This document shows, piece after piece, positions 23,975-38,214 of a DNA stretch of 64,000 bases (position 1 is the stretch's first letter; each line of letters starts with the position of its first letter). Location of the stretch: assembly GCF_006345805.1 (NCBI RefSeq), contig NC_043009.1, positions 29,884,001-29,948,000 of the forward strand, in the 5' to 3' direction. Below the pieces are notes generated by a model. It was not told the DNA's origin, searched no databases, and was given only the letters and a program-made list of their open reading frames with translations. The position numbers and the translations under genes are program-made. The stretch is from Octopus sinensis (Eukaryota).

Positions 23975-26393
23975 TGTGTGTGTATGTGTGTGTGCATAAA
24001 TATATATACGTATATATATATATATATGCATGAATATACATGTATATAGATCTACTCAGATAAATAAAGAGATAAGTGTAGCTTTTTACATTCGGGTGTG
24101 GTCTCAGCCTTACACTTGAACATAAGAATAACAATGTAAATACTAATATTTTTAAAACATACTGGAATAAAGTGACTCCGCTCAGTCTCTTAACATGTTC
24201 GAAATAGCCGTAGAGTAACCTTAGATTTTCTACATCGTCTTGTGTTATAAAACAAAACTACTGTGGACAGTTGCCATTCTTTTACTGAAACAGTATGTTT
24301 TAGTATAAAATTGGAATGCCTTTGATCGTCGATTGGCTTTTTTACATAACAGCTTTGCGGTAGTTGCATTCAACAACCCTGATTGATCTGCCAGTTGTTT
24401 TGCATCTGTCGTTACAACTGCGGCCAGGAAGCTACGATGTCTCATTTGCACTAACGCAGGCCATCTCAGGAGTTTCTGTCTGCAGGATAGGAAGATAAAA
24501 GAAAGAACAAATCTGTTGCACTGCCTATGCCATTGAAACGACGATGACGACGACCAATACAACAACAACGACAACAAGAACAAATAAACCAGCAAAGAGT
24601 AACGTGCGATGACAACTGCAGCAGGAACAGCAAATGTAACAACTGCAAATGCAACACCTGCAGAAACGCAAAAGACAGAAACAGCAACCTCAATACTAAC
24701 AACAGCAGCATTATTAACAATAGAAACAGTGGCACCGCCCAATTAAGCAACAGAAGCGCCAAAGGCAACGACAACAACTAAAAAACAACAACATCAACAT
24801 CGGAAATAGAATCCCAAAATCCCAACACCTCATCACAAAATATATACCCGTCTCCACTACCATCTCCCGAAATATGAGCGATAAGGATGAAAATGGTTAT
24901 TCCTGTTTAAAAGAAAAGAAGAAAACAGAGAGTAAAAATTCTCAGTAGATATGAAGGGACTTGAAGAGAATACAATACCCAATCTAATCACCATCATCAT
25001 TTAAGCAGTATCAACAATGCAAACGCCCACAGATTAAGGTTAGGTGTTCAAACCCTGCAGAGATCAAGTTTACGTTTCATCTGTTCGATAATATAAAGTA
25101 CCAATCGAGTGTTGATTTTCTCAACTCTTTCGCTCCTCAACAATTGCTGCTACTGCTGCTGCTGCTGCTACTGTTGTTGTTACTGCTGTTGCAGTTCTTT
25201 TATTGACGAAAATATTGTTAACGACGTAGCGGTGGTCCATAATGAAAGCCAAGAGTCATACCGCGACATTTTGAGTTCAAATTCCCCTGTGGTTAACTTA
25301 GCTTCACCTCTCATGAAACCAGGAACTATTCAATCAGCTGTATACACACAAACGCAAAGCATTGTTAACATCGTGCCAATATTTGTAAATCATTATTCCA
25401 CGAATAGCAAATGTATTTCAACATAATCACTCAACCTGATCAACATAGCTACCAAATATCCGGCAAAAACCTGCCTTTAATCTCTTGCTGCCATTAAAAC
25501 GTGAACCTCATCTTTTAAGTTCTAAGTCTTAGGGCAGCAAGCCCTAATGTAAAACCAGATGGCCTTGGCTGGAAAAGCTGATCAAAGGCTCCGTTTTCTG
25601 CGATTACTCTTGTGTCAGAGATGTGCTGATGCGGAACATACAGGACTAACTCGGCAACAACAAATACAACAACAACAACAACAACAACGACACCTATGTT
25701 CACAGATTTGGAAATTGTTTGAAAACCATTTGCTCTTTCAGTCTCCTCCTGTATGCGTGGTGTGTGCGTGTAAGCGTAAGTGTGTGTGTGTGCGTGTAAG
25801 TGAATGTGTGTTTCTGTGTGTAGTCAACAATATGAAACTATCAATATGCGCATATTCATGCTTGTGTGTTTCGGCGTGTGTGTGAGTGTGAATAATTGCG
25901 TTCGAATGCGTTCATGCTTAACACCAAATGTTAAAACATGCTTTTGTTTTTGGTCTATCTATTTGAGATGTGAACATGCAAGTTAATGTATTTTTGTGTC
26001 TATGAATATGTGTTTGAAGCTATAGTTGTTTGTACACACATACACACACACATATAAACAAACAAAAGCATACATAAATACATACATACATAAATACATA
26101 CATATATACATACACATTTACACACATATATATAGGATAGTATAAATTATATATATGTGTATATGTATATATATATATATATTATATATATATATCTATA
26201 TATATATATATATACACATACATATATCTTTCGTGTATGTTTATAGGTGTGTCGCATATATTTAACAATATTGAATGTTTAGAGCTGTACATGCTTGTTA
26301 TGCAAGTGTGTATATGTGCATAAATGGAGAGCGAACGAGACAGTCAGACGGCGCGAGACAGAGGTAAAGATTTACAGAGACAGAAATAAGTAG

Positions 26394-26481
<88 letters not shown>

Positions 26482-26489
26482 ATATATAT

Positions 26490-26548
<59 letters not shown>

Positions 26549-26554
26549 CATATA

Positions 26555-26590
<36 letters not shown>

Positions 26591-26643
26591 TGCATCCGCC
26601 TCTTTCTGTATTTCCGCGTGCATGTCGGTGCTTACGTATGTGT

Positions 26644-26681
<38 letters not shown>

Positions 26682-26695
26682 TTATATATATATGC

Positions 26696-26773
<78 letters not shown>

Positions 26774-27305
26774 GCACACGAATATTCATACTATGTATGT
26801 ATATATATACATATGCACACGGACGCATATGTATGCATACATACATAAACACACACATGCAAGAACGACACACACTCACAAACATATATATATATATATA
26901 TATACTGGGAGAGATCTATAAAAGATGTCTCAGTCCAATAGATATGTGTGAGGGTGTGTGATGAAGTGTGTTTGTGCGTGAGCATGTATGTGCGTTTGTC
27001 TCCGAGTACGCGGGCGTTAATGTTTAATTGCATGCGCGAATAAAAGTGTTTAGGTACACTCACGCATACTGGCATGTGACTTTTCGTTTATTTGTTTTCT
27101 TAAATTCTTTAATTCCCAATTTCTTTTATACATCATGGCTAAGGTCATGATATGAGGCCGCTTTGTACATACAAGCTTCTATATATGTACGTATGAATGT
27201 ATGTAGGTGTATGTGTCGGGGGTATATTATGCATACACGTGTATACGTTTATGTATTTGTTTCTAGATCCGTATAAATGATACATATATATGTGTGTGCA
27301 TGTAT

Positions 27306-27339
<34 letters not shown>

Positions 27340-27357
27340 TATCTTATTCTTTTCTTC

Positions 27358-27392
<35 letters not shown>

Positions 27393-28213
27393 TACATATA
27401 TATATATATATATGGATGTATATACTCCTATCAATACGTATATTATCTACCTATCTATCGATCGATTTACATGTGTTTGTATGTGAATATACATGCTTGT
27501 GTGTGTCTGTATGTATATGTATATATATGCATATGAATATATATATATTCATATGGCCATATATATATACATACATACATACATATATATGTATATATAT
27601 ATATATATTATATATATATATATATATATATCCGTAATATATATATATATATATATCCGTAATATATATATATATATATATTATATTATATATATATATA
27701 TATATAATATATATATATGATGCGTGTAAGTGCAATGGAATGTAATATAGACCCTAAAACCGGTTAGCTATGCAACCAGCGAAAGTTATTAAATGTATTA
27801 AAGTTCTTTACGTGGTTGAGTATGTATTATTGCACTTTAGTAGATGGAGAGAAGATATTATTTTTAATATAAAACTGATCAAATTGCTTAGACCAAAGGT
27901 TATTCCTTAGTGCAAAAAAGTGGAAGTAAAATGTTAGAGAATAAAAAAGCTGTCGACATTATTTAGCAGTTTTAGGTGAGCAGTTACAATTAGCGCTACG
28001 GCAGAAGTTAACGAATGTCGCACTAGTTTTATGACACAATCAATAAACACCATGCTTTTGGAAGTGTGTTCAAGATTAAAGGATGTATTTCTATGCAGAT
28101 GTATTTCTAAAAGATGACAGCCCTGTTACTTTGTTGTTACTTCCAATCTGTCTCTCACACTCACTGTATGTATGCATTTATGTATATACGTACGTATATG
28201 TATATATAAATCA

Positions 28214-28268
<55 letters not shown>

Positions 28269-28413
28269 CTGATTTCGAAAATAGTAGAAGTGAAAACACA
28301 CATATCGTTTATATATATTTATATATGTTGTGTATATGAGAATATGTTGTCTATTGACTTTGTATACATGCTAGGCCACTGGCAGTGAAATTTCTAAAAA
28401 TATTTGCTACCCT

Positions 28414-28453
<40 letters not shown>

Positions 28454-28479
28454 CTGTATTTGTATCTTTGTTCGTAACA

Positions 28480-28615
28480 TAGTAATTTGACTCAAGAGAC
28501 TGATAGGATAGGTACCAGGCTTACCAGAATTACTGAGGTCGAGATTATTCGACTAAAAGTTCTTCAAAGCGTTGCCCCAGCAAGGCCAGAGTCTAATGAC
28601 TGAAACAAGTAAAAA
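28480..28615 (+). mobile_element. SINE 3' module (decayed)
   Basis: GAGACTGATAGGATAGGTACC...TTCGACTAAAAG...CCCCAGCAAGGCC...ATGACTGAAACAAGTAAAA resembles the 4.97-5.1 kb module. Confidence 0.7.
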
Positions 28616-29212
28616 ACACGATATGTGCTCGCGCGCGCGCGCGTGTGTATGAGTCTGTCTGTGTGTCTGTGTGTGTCTGTGCATATGTGCTACATATCTG
28701 AAATTATGCCTAGTTCAGCTAGTGTTGCTAACCTAAATTTATGAGCAACATAAATACATCTATTGCCTTAACTAAAATTAAATGCTGAATCGAAATTTAG
28801 TTTTACTTATCTTCTTCGCGACTTACAAACACTGCTTCCTCCTGAAGCATTTATTTCCAAGAGGATATCAGTGAAGAAAATAATATGTCTGTTGAAGGAA
28901 ATTATAGAATGTCGTCGATTGATGCAAGATGGCTGTTAGCCAAGTTGTCTCCCCTCTTTGCTTCATTCCATGTAGACTTAATACTTCTCTCTTCTCTTTT
29001 TTTCCTGCTCTCGCTTTCGTTTATAATTATATTTCATGCATTAAGAAGTTAGTTGTGAGATTAACCTCACTGATATCCCAGATTTCAATACCATCGCTGT
29101 ATTGATACCTGTAAGGCACTGAATCAACATTAGGAAAGGGTTTGTTAAAGTATTGAAGGGGAGAATGAGAAAGTTGAAGATACAAATACAGATTCGAAAA
29201 GAGCGAATGAAC

Positions 29213-29277
<65 letters not shown>

Positions 29278-30159
29278 AGAGAAAAACAGAGAGGGAGAGA
29301 GAGTAAGGAAAGATGAAGAGGAGATGGTAAGATAGGGGGAGGATGTAAGAAGGAAGATTGGATGAAAGTGTTTCTCCTTAAGCGGATAACGGGCGTTTCT
29401 GATTGGATGGATATCAAAAAAGATAACATTGGAAGGAAATGGTTGAAATTTCTGGCAACCAGATTAACTTTTAACCGAATTCCTTATTGTGGTGCCGACA
29501 ATGGAAGTTAAAGATTTAAGATATGGTTACACGCAAAAAGAAAACTAAATAAATAAGTAAATAAATAAATAAATATGTGAATTAATCCAGCATAGCACAT
29601 GGAGAATGTTAAATACTGAGTTTGCTTTCAAAAGCTCTTCCTAGGTTCATAATAATTCTCCAGAATATAAACCCTCTTCATGTTGGCAACAGTAAAGAAA
29701 GACAGAGAGGTGTAGGCAATTTGTCGGCGTTATTTGCACATGCTTATCTAGTTATTCCTACAATGAAATTATCCTCAATCGTCTTGTCGTTCATCTGTAG
29801 AGAAAGCAAATATTTTCAAATAATCCCCTGATTTTATTTAAGCAGCCATATTGTTCATATTACATCATCTCTGGCTTGAGAATTATTTCGCTGAAAAATA
29901 AGTAGATTCCTGAGACTGTAGAACACTGGAGTAAGTTCAGTGAAGACAGGACTGAATATCGAACTTCTTTGTAGAGAGTTCAAATCTGCGAATGAAAATA
30001 TTGCAATCGTATATTAATTGAGTTTGGTGTGTGGTTCTAACCACTACTCCAACATAAGTATCACTAAACGATAAGCATCAATATTGTTCAGTATTTGTTG
30101 CATAAAACACCTTCAATCTCAGTTAATGATTATTTCTCTGTTTATAGATTTGAAAATAT

Positions 30160-30468
30160 GGCGGTGAGCTGGCAGAAACGTTAGCACGCCGGGCGAAATG
30201 CGTAGACGTATTTCGTCTGCCGTTACGTTCTGAGTTCAAATTCCGCCGAGGTCGACTTTGCCTTCTTTCGGCGTCGATAAATTAAGTACCAGTTACGCAC
30301 TGGGGTCGATGTAATCGATTTAATCCCTTTGTCTGTCCTTGTTCGTCCCTTCTATGTTTAGCCCCTTGTGGGTAATAAAGAAACAGGTATTTCGTCTGCC
30401 GCTACGTTCTGCGTTCAAATTCCACCGAGGTCGACTTTGCCTTTCATCCTTTCAGGGTCGATTAAATA
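30160..30468 (+). mobile_element. tRNA-derived SINE with a partial tandem second copy
   Basis: Head GGCGGTGAGCTGGCAGAAACG; GTATTTCGTCTGCCG...GAGGTCGACTTTGCC occurs twice. Confidence 0.88.
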
Positions 30469-30479
30469 ATCTTGACATT

Positions 30480-30800
30480 TCCAATTTTTTACAGGTGTCC
30501 AAAAACAGATGTGCGAGATGTTTGGAGTTCTGATGAGAGTTTTCAAACCTTTGTTCTCGAATTTTGTTCAACCAAAGCATTTAATCTATCATGCCGAATA
30601 ACTGGTTTTGGCCTACCCCTTGGTTTATTTTCAACTCTATTATCCCCTGAACGAGAGCTTTGAAACCATCTTTGAACAGTTCTGATGTCAACAAAAACAT
30701 TATCAAAGGTCCTCTTGATATTCCGTAGAGCTTCTTCGGCAGAGTGACCCAGTTTGTACTCATACGAGAAAATCACTCAGCATAGTTTGGCTGTTATCAT
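30480..30800 (-). pseudogene. Mariner (Tc1/mariner) transposase N-terminal HTH remnant
   Basis: ORF 30543-30776: YEYKLGHSAEEALRNIKRTF...RTVQRWFQSSRSGDNRVENKPRGRP matches the mariner DNA-binding consensus. No DD34D catalytic domain is present. Confidence 0.85.
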
Positions 30801-31127
30801 TTTCATAAGGTCTGTGGGTACGAATTTTTATACCAATATTGTTGGGAAAGAAAAAAAGAGTCAAGATTAAATGCAAGGTATACACAATTGAGTTTTTAAA
30901 TTGAAATAAGTAATTAAAACTGCGACATTTCATGTAAAACAACTTAATAGTAGTTATTCCGAAAAACGTACTCACCGTTTGACGATACTATGATACATCG
31001 ACTTCATTTACTCAGGTGTATGACCCTATAATATGAATGGATCTATCCAGAGATTTTCTTTCCTTTCTACACATCGTAACTGTACGTCGAATTCTGAAAA
31101 CAATAGTGTGCCTTGAGGCAATAGCGC

Positions 31128-31322
31128 CGATGTGTGTCTGTGTTTGTCGCCCACCCCACCATCGCCTGATGGCCGATATTGGTGTGTTTGCGTCCCCGTG
31201 ACCTAGCGGTTCTGCAAAAGAGACCGATAGAATAAGTAGTAGACTCACAAAAAATAAGTCTTGCGGTCGATTTGTTCGACTAAAGGTGGTGCTCCAGCAT
31301 GGCCACAATCAAATAACTGAAT
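31128..31322 (+). mobile_element. SINE 3' module
   Basis: GTGTGTTTGCGTCCCCGTGACCTAGCGGTTCTGCAAAAGAGACCGATAGAATAAG...CGACTAAAGGTGGTGCTCCAGCATGGCC. Confidence 0.8.
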
Positions 31323-32603
31323 ATAATACCTTCTAAATCAAGTTGAAAATCGAGAATTTCGAACAGAAATATTAGTCAATACGATATACCTAGTACTTGA
31401 TGAGCAGTTTTGATTGTAGGCACTGAAGAGCTAAAATGTGAAGCTGAAGATGGCGGGATTTGAACGCAGACCATAAAGAGCCTGAACGGATACTGAAATT
31501 ACTGTTTTGCAGCGCTCTAACGCTTCTGTCTGCCCATTGTCATTTAAACATACATTAAATAAGACATCGTTGACTGGCCACTTTATTGAAAACGTATTTC
31601 CTCTTAATGAAATTGTTTAATGCTTTTAACTACTTGCAGTGCGCAAGTGTTTCCATTCAGAATTATCTTTACATGTGTTATATGTTGTTCAATCATGTAT
31701 CCCTGGGTGATAATGGTACACTAGATACCTGATATTATTCTATTCAGTGCCTCACTGCGATATTATTTAACACCAGCTATAAATCATAACATTTCTCTAA
31801 ATATCATAGGAAAGATACGTTTGAGCGGAAGGTTTGTTTCTGTCTAGAATGAAATCATAATTGTATAGCAAACGTGCCGACACTTATCACAAAGTTTGTT
31901 TGATGTTAACGTTTGTCGATCGGTATTAATGTCAAATATTAAGCACGGCTTTGAAGTAACATGTCTTATGCTTCTCAGTCAATTGACAGATTGACCAAAC
32001 GGTAATAAACCGGAAATATGCACTACTGACAGAGAACTGCTATGTCATTGGTTCCCTGTCCTTCTCTTTTAAGTAATGTTTTTTTTTAATTGCTAGGAAA
32101 TTTAGAGTAAATAAAAAAAAAATAGTCCACTTTGTGCATCAGGTAAAAATGGTTTGAAGCCTATTTACATATGTTGGTTATAAATATAACTAATTTAAAC
32201 TAGAGATTGCGTAAACTTATAGGCTGCAATTTATGCATGCAACGTTAGATAGAATACCTCGAGGTATGTGCTTCGAATCAATGCGTTCTGAGTTCAAAGC
32301 ACGCAAATATCATCATTGTCTTTCATTCACTCAGAGTCGTTAAAAAATACCGGACAGGAGTAATGGTTTCCTTGAGGGGTTCGATAAACGCATTTCAGCT
32401 ATGGATGAAATGCATTGTGATATCTATTCCCACATCTTGTACTCTGGCAATACACACACACATACACACAAACAACCCACACACCCTCAAATATATATGT
32501 ATGCATAAGTATTATATTTATACTTACATATATACACATACATACACACAGATACATATACACATACATGTGTATGCATATGTATTATATTTATACATAC
32601 ATA

Positions 32604-32765
32604 GACGTAGAAGTGGCTGTGTGATAAATAGCTTGCTTCAGAATCACATGGTTCCGGGTTCAGTCTCGCTGCGTCGCACTTTAGAGAAGTACCTTCTACT
32701 ATAACCTCGGGCCGACCAAAGCCTTGTGAGTTGATATGGTAGATAGAACTGAAAGAAACCCGTCG

Positions 32766-32809
<44 letters not shown>

Positions 32810-33415
32810 TATATAGGCGTAGGAGTGGCTGTGTGGTAAGTAGGTTGCTAACCAACCACATGGTTCTGGGTTCAGTCCGACTGCGTGGCATCTTGGGCAA
32901 GTGTCTTCTGCTATAGCCCCGGGCCGACCAATGCCTTGTGAATAGATTTGGTAGACGGAAACTGAAAGAAGCCTGTCGTATATATGTATATATATATATG
33001 TGTATGTGTGTGTGTTTGTCCCCCTAGCATTGCTTGACAACCGATGCTGGTGTGTTTACGTCCCCGTCACTTAGCGGTTCGGCAAAAGAGACCGATAGAA
33101 TAAGTACTGGGCTTACAAAGAATAAGTCCCAGGGTCGATTTGCTCGACTAAAGGCGGTGCTCCAGCATGGCCGCAGTCAAATGACTGAAACAAGTAAAAG
33201 AGAAAGAGAAAAGTGAATCTGTATGTGTGTGTTGACTGTGTTAGTCACCCGCCTCACCATCGCTTGAGGGCTGATATATGTGTGTTTGCGTCCCTGTGAC
33301 TTAGCGGTTCCGCAAAAGACCGATAGAATAAGTAGTAGACTTACAAAAAATAAGCCCTGGGGTCAATTTGTTCGACTAAAGGCGGTGCTGCCGCATGGCC
33401 AAAATCGAATAACTG
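32604..33415 (+). mobile_element. SINE array: head, head + 3' module, extra 3' module
   Basis: Heads at about 32604 and 32816 (AGTGGCTGTGTG...), and 3' modules at about 33015-33210 and 33235-33415, separated by (TA)/(TG)n. Confidence 0.85.
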
Positions 33416-34265
33416 GAATATATAAAAGAATATATACATACGAACGCGCACGCACACACACACACATACACTCACACGCACGCACATACACGCACACACA
33501 CACTCACACATACACTCACACGCACGCACATACACGCGCACACACACATAAACACATGGGCTGGAAGGTCCTCTGAATAGATGTAGTAATTTTGGCGTCA
33601 AGGATGGGCAAATAGACAGTCATCGCTGGTCATCATTTATCTCCTATTCTCTCAGCTGATAGCTCCTAGCACCACACCGTGGTACCTTACTTCAGTTGGA
33701 AGGCTAAATCAAATGAGGGGCTGGTATTACCACTGCAAATGTAAACGGAAGATACCAGATAATGCTTCTCAAGGAACCCTCGGCTAGGGAGGAGGAGCGT
33801 GGTCGGGTCAAGCCCCTACTGATCGGGGCCAAGGTGTATCCCAGAGAGAGGCATACAGTTATGGATAGCAGCTCTAAGTGGAGCTGCCAAGTTAACTTGC
33901 CGCACTTGCCAGCATATAATACGCACCTCTAGTTTACAAGCCATTGCTATTAAGTTAAACTATCGTATGTCCAAATTTGGTCAATTCCGTTTTTCTTTTC
34001 AATATTTATTTTTGCTTGTAGTTGTCAGTTCTTTTGATATCTCCAGCTGCTTCAGATGTCAAAATATGAAAATTGTGAAAGTGTAGTACAACAGTTTTGC
34101 TAATGCAAAAAAAAAAATTAAAATGGAATGGTGAAACTATTTTCTGTTTTCTGAAAAAGCAACGTTTTGGACTTACGACACTTTTGCATAATAGCAACGA
34201 AGTATATTTTGTGAGAAAATACTCCGCGCTATAAGCTACATATATACACACACACACATGTATAA

Positions 34266-34303
<38 letters not shown>

Positions 34304-34667
34304 TGTGTGCGTGTGTAATAATAATAATTTCTTAAGCAACGTTAATGATGAGATCCAGGTTGCAAAATTGATTCAACAAAACATGTTGAAAGGAGTCCCA
34401 CTCATAAGGGACAGTAGCAGAACCATTTTGCAAGATAAAGATTACTACCAAATCCATCTTGTGGTTACTTAAGAAATTATTTTCATCATCTCAACTAACA
34501 CTGCGGAACTTCTGAAGTAGACCCAACGGAAATATACCAAGACTGAGGATGACACAAGGTAGCCGAAACTGTGCCAGTGCTCTCTACTCAACACTACAAC
34601 ACACTAGTCGACATATACCCATTAGTCCCCAAACTATTAAATATATATACATATATATATATATATA

Positions 34668-34863
34668 GCTAATCCAAACATGAAAACACAAAGAGAAAAC
34701 TCAACAACGCGAGGGCGTGGAACAAGTATAGTGTTATTGGACGATCAGGAAAGAAGGAGGGTTTAACGTTTCGAGCGGAGCTCTTCGTCAGAAACATAGG
34801 GAAAGGAAAGATACAAAGAAGGGAAGACGGAGGAAAAACTCGCCAACGGTACACACGCGGTCA
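34668..34863 (-). mobile_element. Short interspersed repeat carrying a minimal hammerhead
   Basis: Paralogous to 1921-2113. Confidence 0.75.
34761..34795 (-). ncRNA. Minimal type I hammerhead ribozyme
   Basis: Minus strand: GUUU-CUGACGA-A-GAGC(UCC)GCUC-GAAAC-GUU/AAAC. Stem III is the loopless palindrome ACGU (dimer-type). Confidence 0.75.
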
Positions 34864-35347
34864 CACTTAGAAGAGAAAATTTCTATTTGTAAATCTCTCA
34901 ACGAGAGACATTCAGTAGCAGTACACGAGAGTATAGATTATTTGCCAACATAACGCGGCAGTCCTGGTTTAGGACAAAAGAGGCAGATAGGATTTCTGAT
35001 AATTCTTTATGAGTGATTTTATACATTCATGAGGATGGATTTTTCAGATTGTAAGAAATCCTCTTGAGTAGATGAAAGCGCTAAAAAAGAATTATTCGAA
35101 GTTCTGACTGCCATCTTTTTCTTAATATACGAAGTTGCTAAATCCCTTCAAACATTCAATACATACACATACATACACACACATCCACATCCACACACAC
35201 GCACAATCATGCACACATGTATATGTAAATATATACATGCGGGCATAAACTGATACATAGATGGATAAATATACATACGTGCTTGTGTAATCCTGTATCT
35301 GTTCGTGTGCGCGCATGCGTACTCCTTTTGTTTGTTTGTGTGTGTAT

Positions 35348-35410
<63 letters not shown>

Positions 35411-37622
35411 GTGAGTTGTGTGTTTGCGTATAAAGATATCGCCGAAAACGTACAAATTGCCACGAAATTGCCGATAAATCAATGCAAAGAAAAATACCTG
35501 GTGGTTTCCACTACACCCGAATTGCAAACAGACACTCCCTTTTCAGTCAGTTTCGTCATCAAATGTTCAGTGAACCAGTGATTGCTCTGTTGGAACGCTT
35601 CAATCAACGACGCTATTGTTCATAAATGCATGATGATATAAAGAATAAGAATTTAAAAGAAACACAAAACTGTATGCGTCGTTAGGCTCTTAGCAGTTTT
35701 ACTAGACATCAGTAAAAACAACAAAGAAAAGATAAGAGCAAATATAAAAACTATGACAGCAATAACAACAACAATAATAGTCAAACATTAAATTGCAGCG
35801 ATAACGCAATCTGGTGTTTGGTTGTAATTATAACGAAATTGATTATTTCGCTGCTAACATTCCTTTCTAATTGATCACCTCCCCCACTAACCTCTAAACA
35901 ATATATCAATCAAGATCTGGCACCATTAGCGACTACGTCTCATCAACGGGCCAAATGAAGAGGTCTCTATGCAGTAGTGAGAAATGCTAGTAATAGCAGC
36001 GGATTCCGTTCAATGGAAACACGCACACTCAACATTATGTCATGGACGCGTATGGTTTGTTAGCATGCTAGGTGCTTTCCTGAATGATGCTTCGGGGGCC
36101 CATGAAGCCACGAACAGATTAAGAAGCCCTGTCAATCCCTTTACTTTTGAATGCTCATGTGGAATATCTATGATGTGACAGGTGGAAAGGATGAAGGTCA
36201 CAGCAGCATTCAGACAATGTTCATTGACGTCTAGGGAGAGTAAGTACATCAGAATTGAAGTGTATTTTATTCTCAAGGACAAAATGTGCGGCAAGCCAGG
36301 GCAGGATCGAAACAACTGATTTCGAAACATGAGCTGAACATCCTACCCACTTGACCATGCACCTTCAGGAATCACATCATGCAGTTAAAGAAAAAAAAAA
36401 CAGTGCGTTTGATAGACCGTTTGTGTCTCCTGTATACACAAGAAAAGATGGAATGGTCACACACGAAATACTAATGTTAAGAGGTCAGCTCAAGCAAGCT
36501 AGGCCATCAGTGAAATACTAACGGCAATGTCTTATTAAAGCTTAATTTCACACAACCTACAAGAAGTTGCAAATCTTGGAAATTAACCCTATGGTCTTTC
36601 AAATAGGGAATAGCCCATTGGTGAGTCAATTCTTTAATACACATATCAACAGAATGGCCATGCATAGAACGCTTCCATTATACTCCATCTGGTTCGTGGC
36701 TTTCAGGAGTTAAACAAAACCAGTATCACACCCATCAGCGCGGTCTTCACAAATTGTAACAAAATTTTCCTCATATCCTACATTATTCTCTTGAAAGACG
36801 AAAATAAAAAGACTTTTGGTCATGAAAATGTAGTTTATATTTACAGGGTACAGTCGGGATGGCCACGCCTGGAATTTCTTTCAATTAAATAGAAATGTCC
36901 TATCAAATTACAAATGTATGCAGTAATATTGACAGCATGAGTAATAAGAATATATTTTCATTTGAATGTCTTCAGACGTTAAACGGAAATATAACTAAAA
37001 GAGGAAACACCAAAATGACGGCTGCGACAAAAGCATACGGCAAGAAATTTGCATGGAATGTTTATGGGATTAAATTGAACCCTGTATTGACTACTACTTT
37101 ATTGTATGAACACTGAAACACAAAGATGGCCTCGACGGAATTTGAAACTACATTATAAAAAGCTGGAACAAAAACCGCAAAACGCTGTTACGATTCCATC
37201 AATTTAAAGCCATCACCATAGTGGTGATAATGCAATAAAAATAAGAATAACAATACTAAGATAGTCAACGGCAATAACAATAAAAGCAACTAAAAGCAAC
37301 TAAAACTAAATAACAACAACAACGGTTATAAAAAACGGAACACGTTGTTTTCACCAATCTGCCATTGAAATAGTTGTGTGTTGTCTCCAGGGACATTTTC
37401 ATACTGTTTGGCAGATTAGTATAGAATGATTAGTGAGTAATCGTTTTAAGAATATTCCGTATGATGAGAGGGGAGTGTTACACGAAAAAGAAAGAAATAT
37501 ATTGTATAATGAAATAGTTGAGTGAAGGGCGTACATATTGTTTTGTATGTGTGTGTGTGTTCGTGTGTGTGTGTATGTGTGTGTGGGCGCGGACGAGAAA
37601 TAGCTTTTGTATTCTAGCAATA

Positions 37623-37659
37623 CGCAGAATGTTTCGCTTTAATCAACTCATCAGCTACG
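37623..37659 (-). ncRNA. Minimal type I hammerhead, one stem III change
   Basis: Minus strand: CGUAG-CUGAUGA-GUU(GAUUAA)AGC-GAAAC-AUU/CUGCG. ACAU would become the palindrome ACGU by reverting one CpG-type transition. Confidence 0.6.
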
Positions 37660-38175
37660 AAGAACACAATTAGAGGTTTGGAGGTCAACCCCATTGTTAT
37701 ATTATAATATTTCAGTTCTTTGGGAAAAGTGCCAGGCTTCATTCCTAAAATGTCTTTGAGAAAATATAAGCTAATATTGATTGTTCCATTGCGAAGACCA
37801 GAAGCGCACAATCAATTATAAGAGCAAGTTTTATTGCATCATGGCGCTCTCATCAGTGTATCAACTACATCCCGCTTTATGGAAAAATTCCATTGTCTTC
37901 ATGTCTTCATGCCAGCTTTGGTATTTAATGAACTCGCAACGAACGCATGTATAACATCAGTACAGGCTAATAGTTTAGTTATTCTCTGCGTTATTATTTT
38001 CCATGCATGAGTGTGTGTGATTAAATGGATACGTGTAAGTGTCCCTGTTTGAATGGTTGTATAAATATGTGTACATGAGCATATCTGAAGGCATGTGTGT
38101 ATATCTGAGTATGTGTGTGTGAGAGAGTGAGAGAGAGAGAGACACACACACACGCACACACACACACGCACACAC

Positions 38176-38214
<39 letters not shown>

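Noticed and set aside
24245-24742. 165-aa minus-strand ORF with a strong internal acceptor at 24479
   Set aside because: The N-terminal half is low-complexity (ACA/GCA repeats), no convincing donor or domain was found, and it cannot be supported as an exon.
30976-31093. Minus-strand exon-like unit with good acceptor and GTGAGT donor
   Set aside because: Stop codons occur in all three frames; it could only be a non-coding exon and has no other support.
33560-33960. GC-rich block as an HDV-like ribozyme or RTE 5' UTR
   Set aside because: I could not assemble the P1/P2/P3/P1.1 double pseudoknot on either strand; left as an unclassified repeat-like segment.
36040-36330. Minus-strand ORF (DVNEHCLNAAVTF...) after a pyrimidine-rich acceptor at 36230
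   Set aside because: The EGF-like start lacks the further cysteines, and there is no clear donor.
37810-37865. Minus-strand CTGATGA-GAGC...GCTC
   Set aside because: Stem II is followed by TTATAA, not GAAA; no 3' half.
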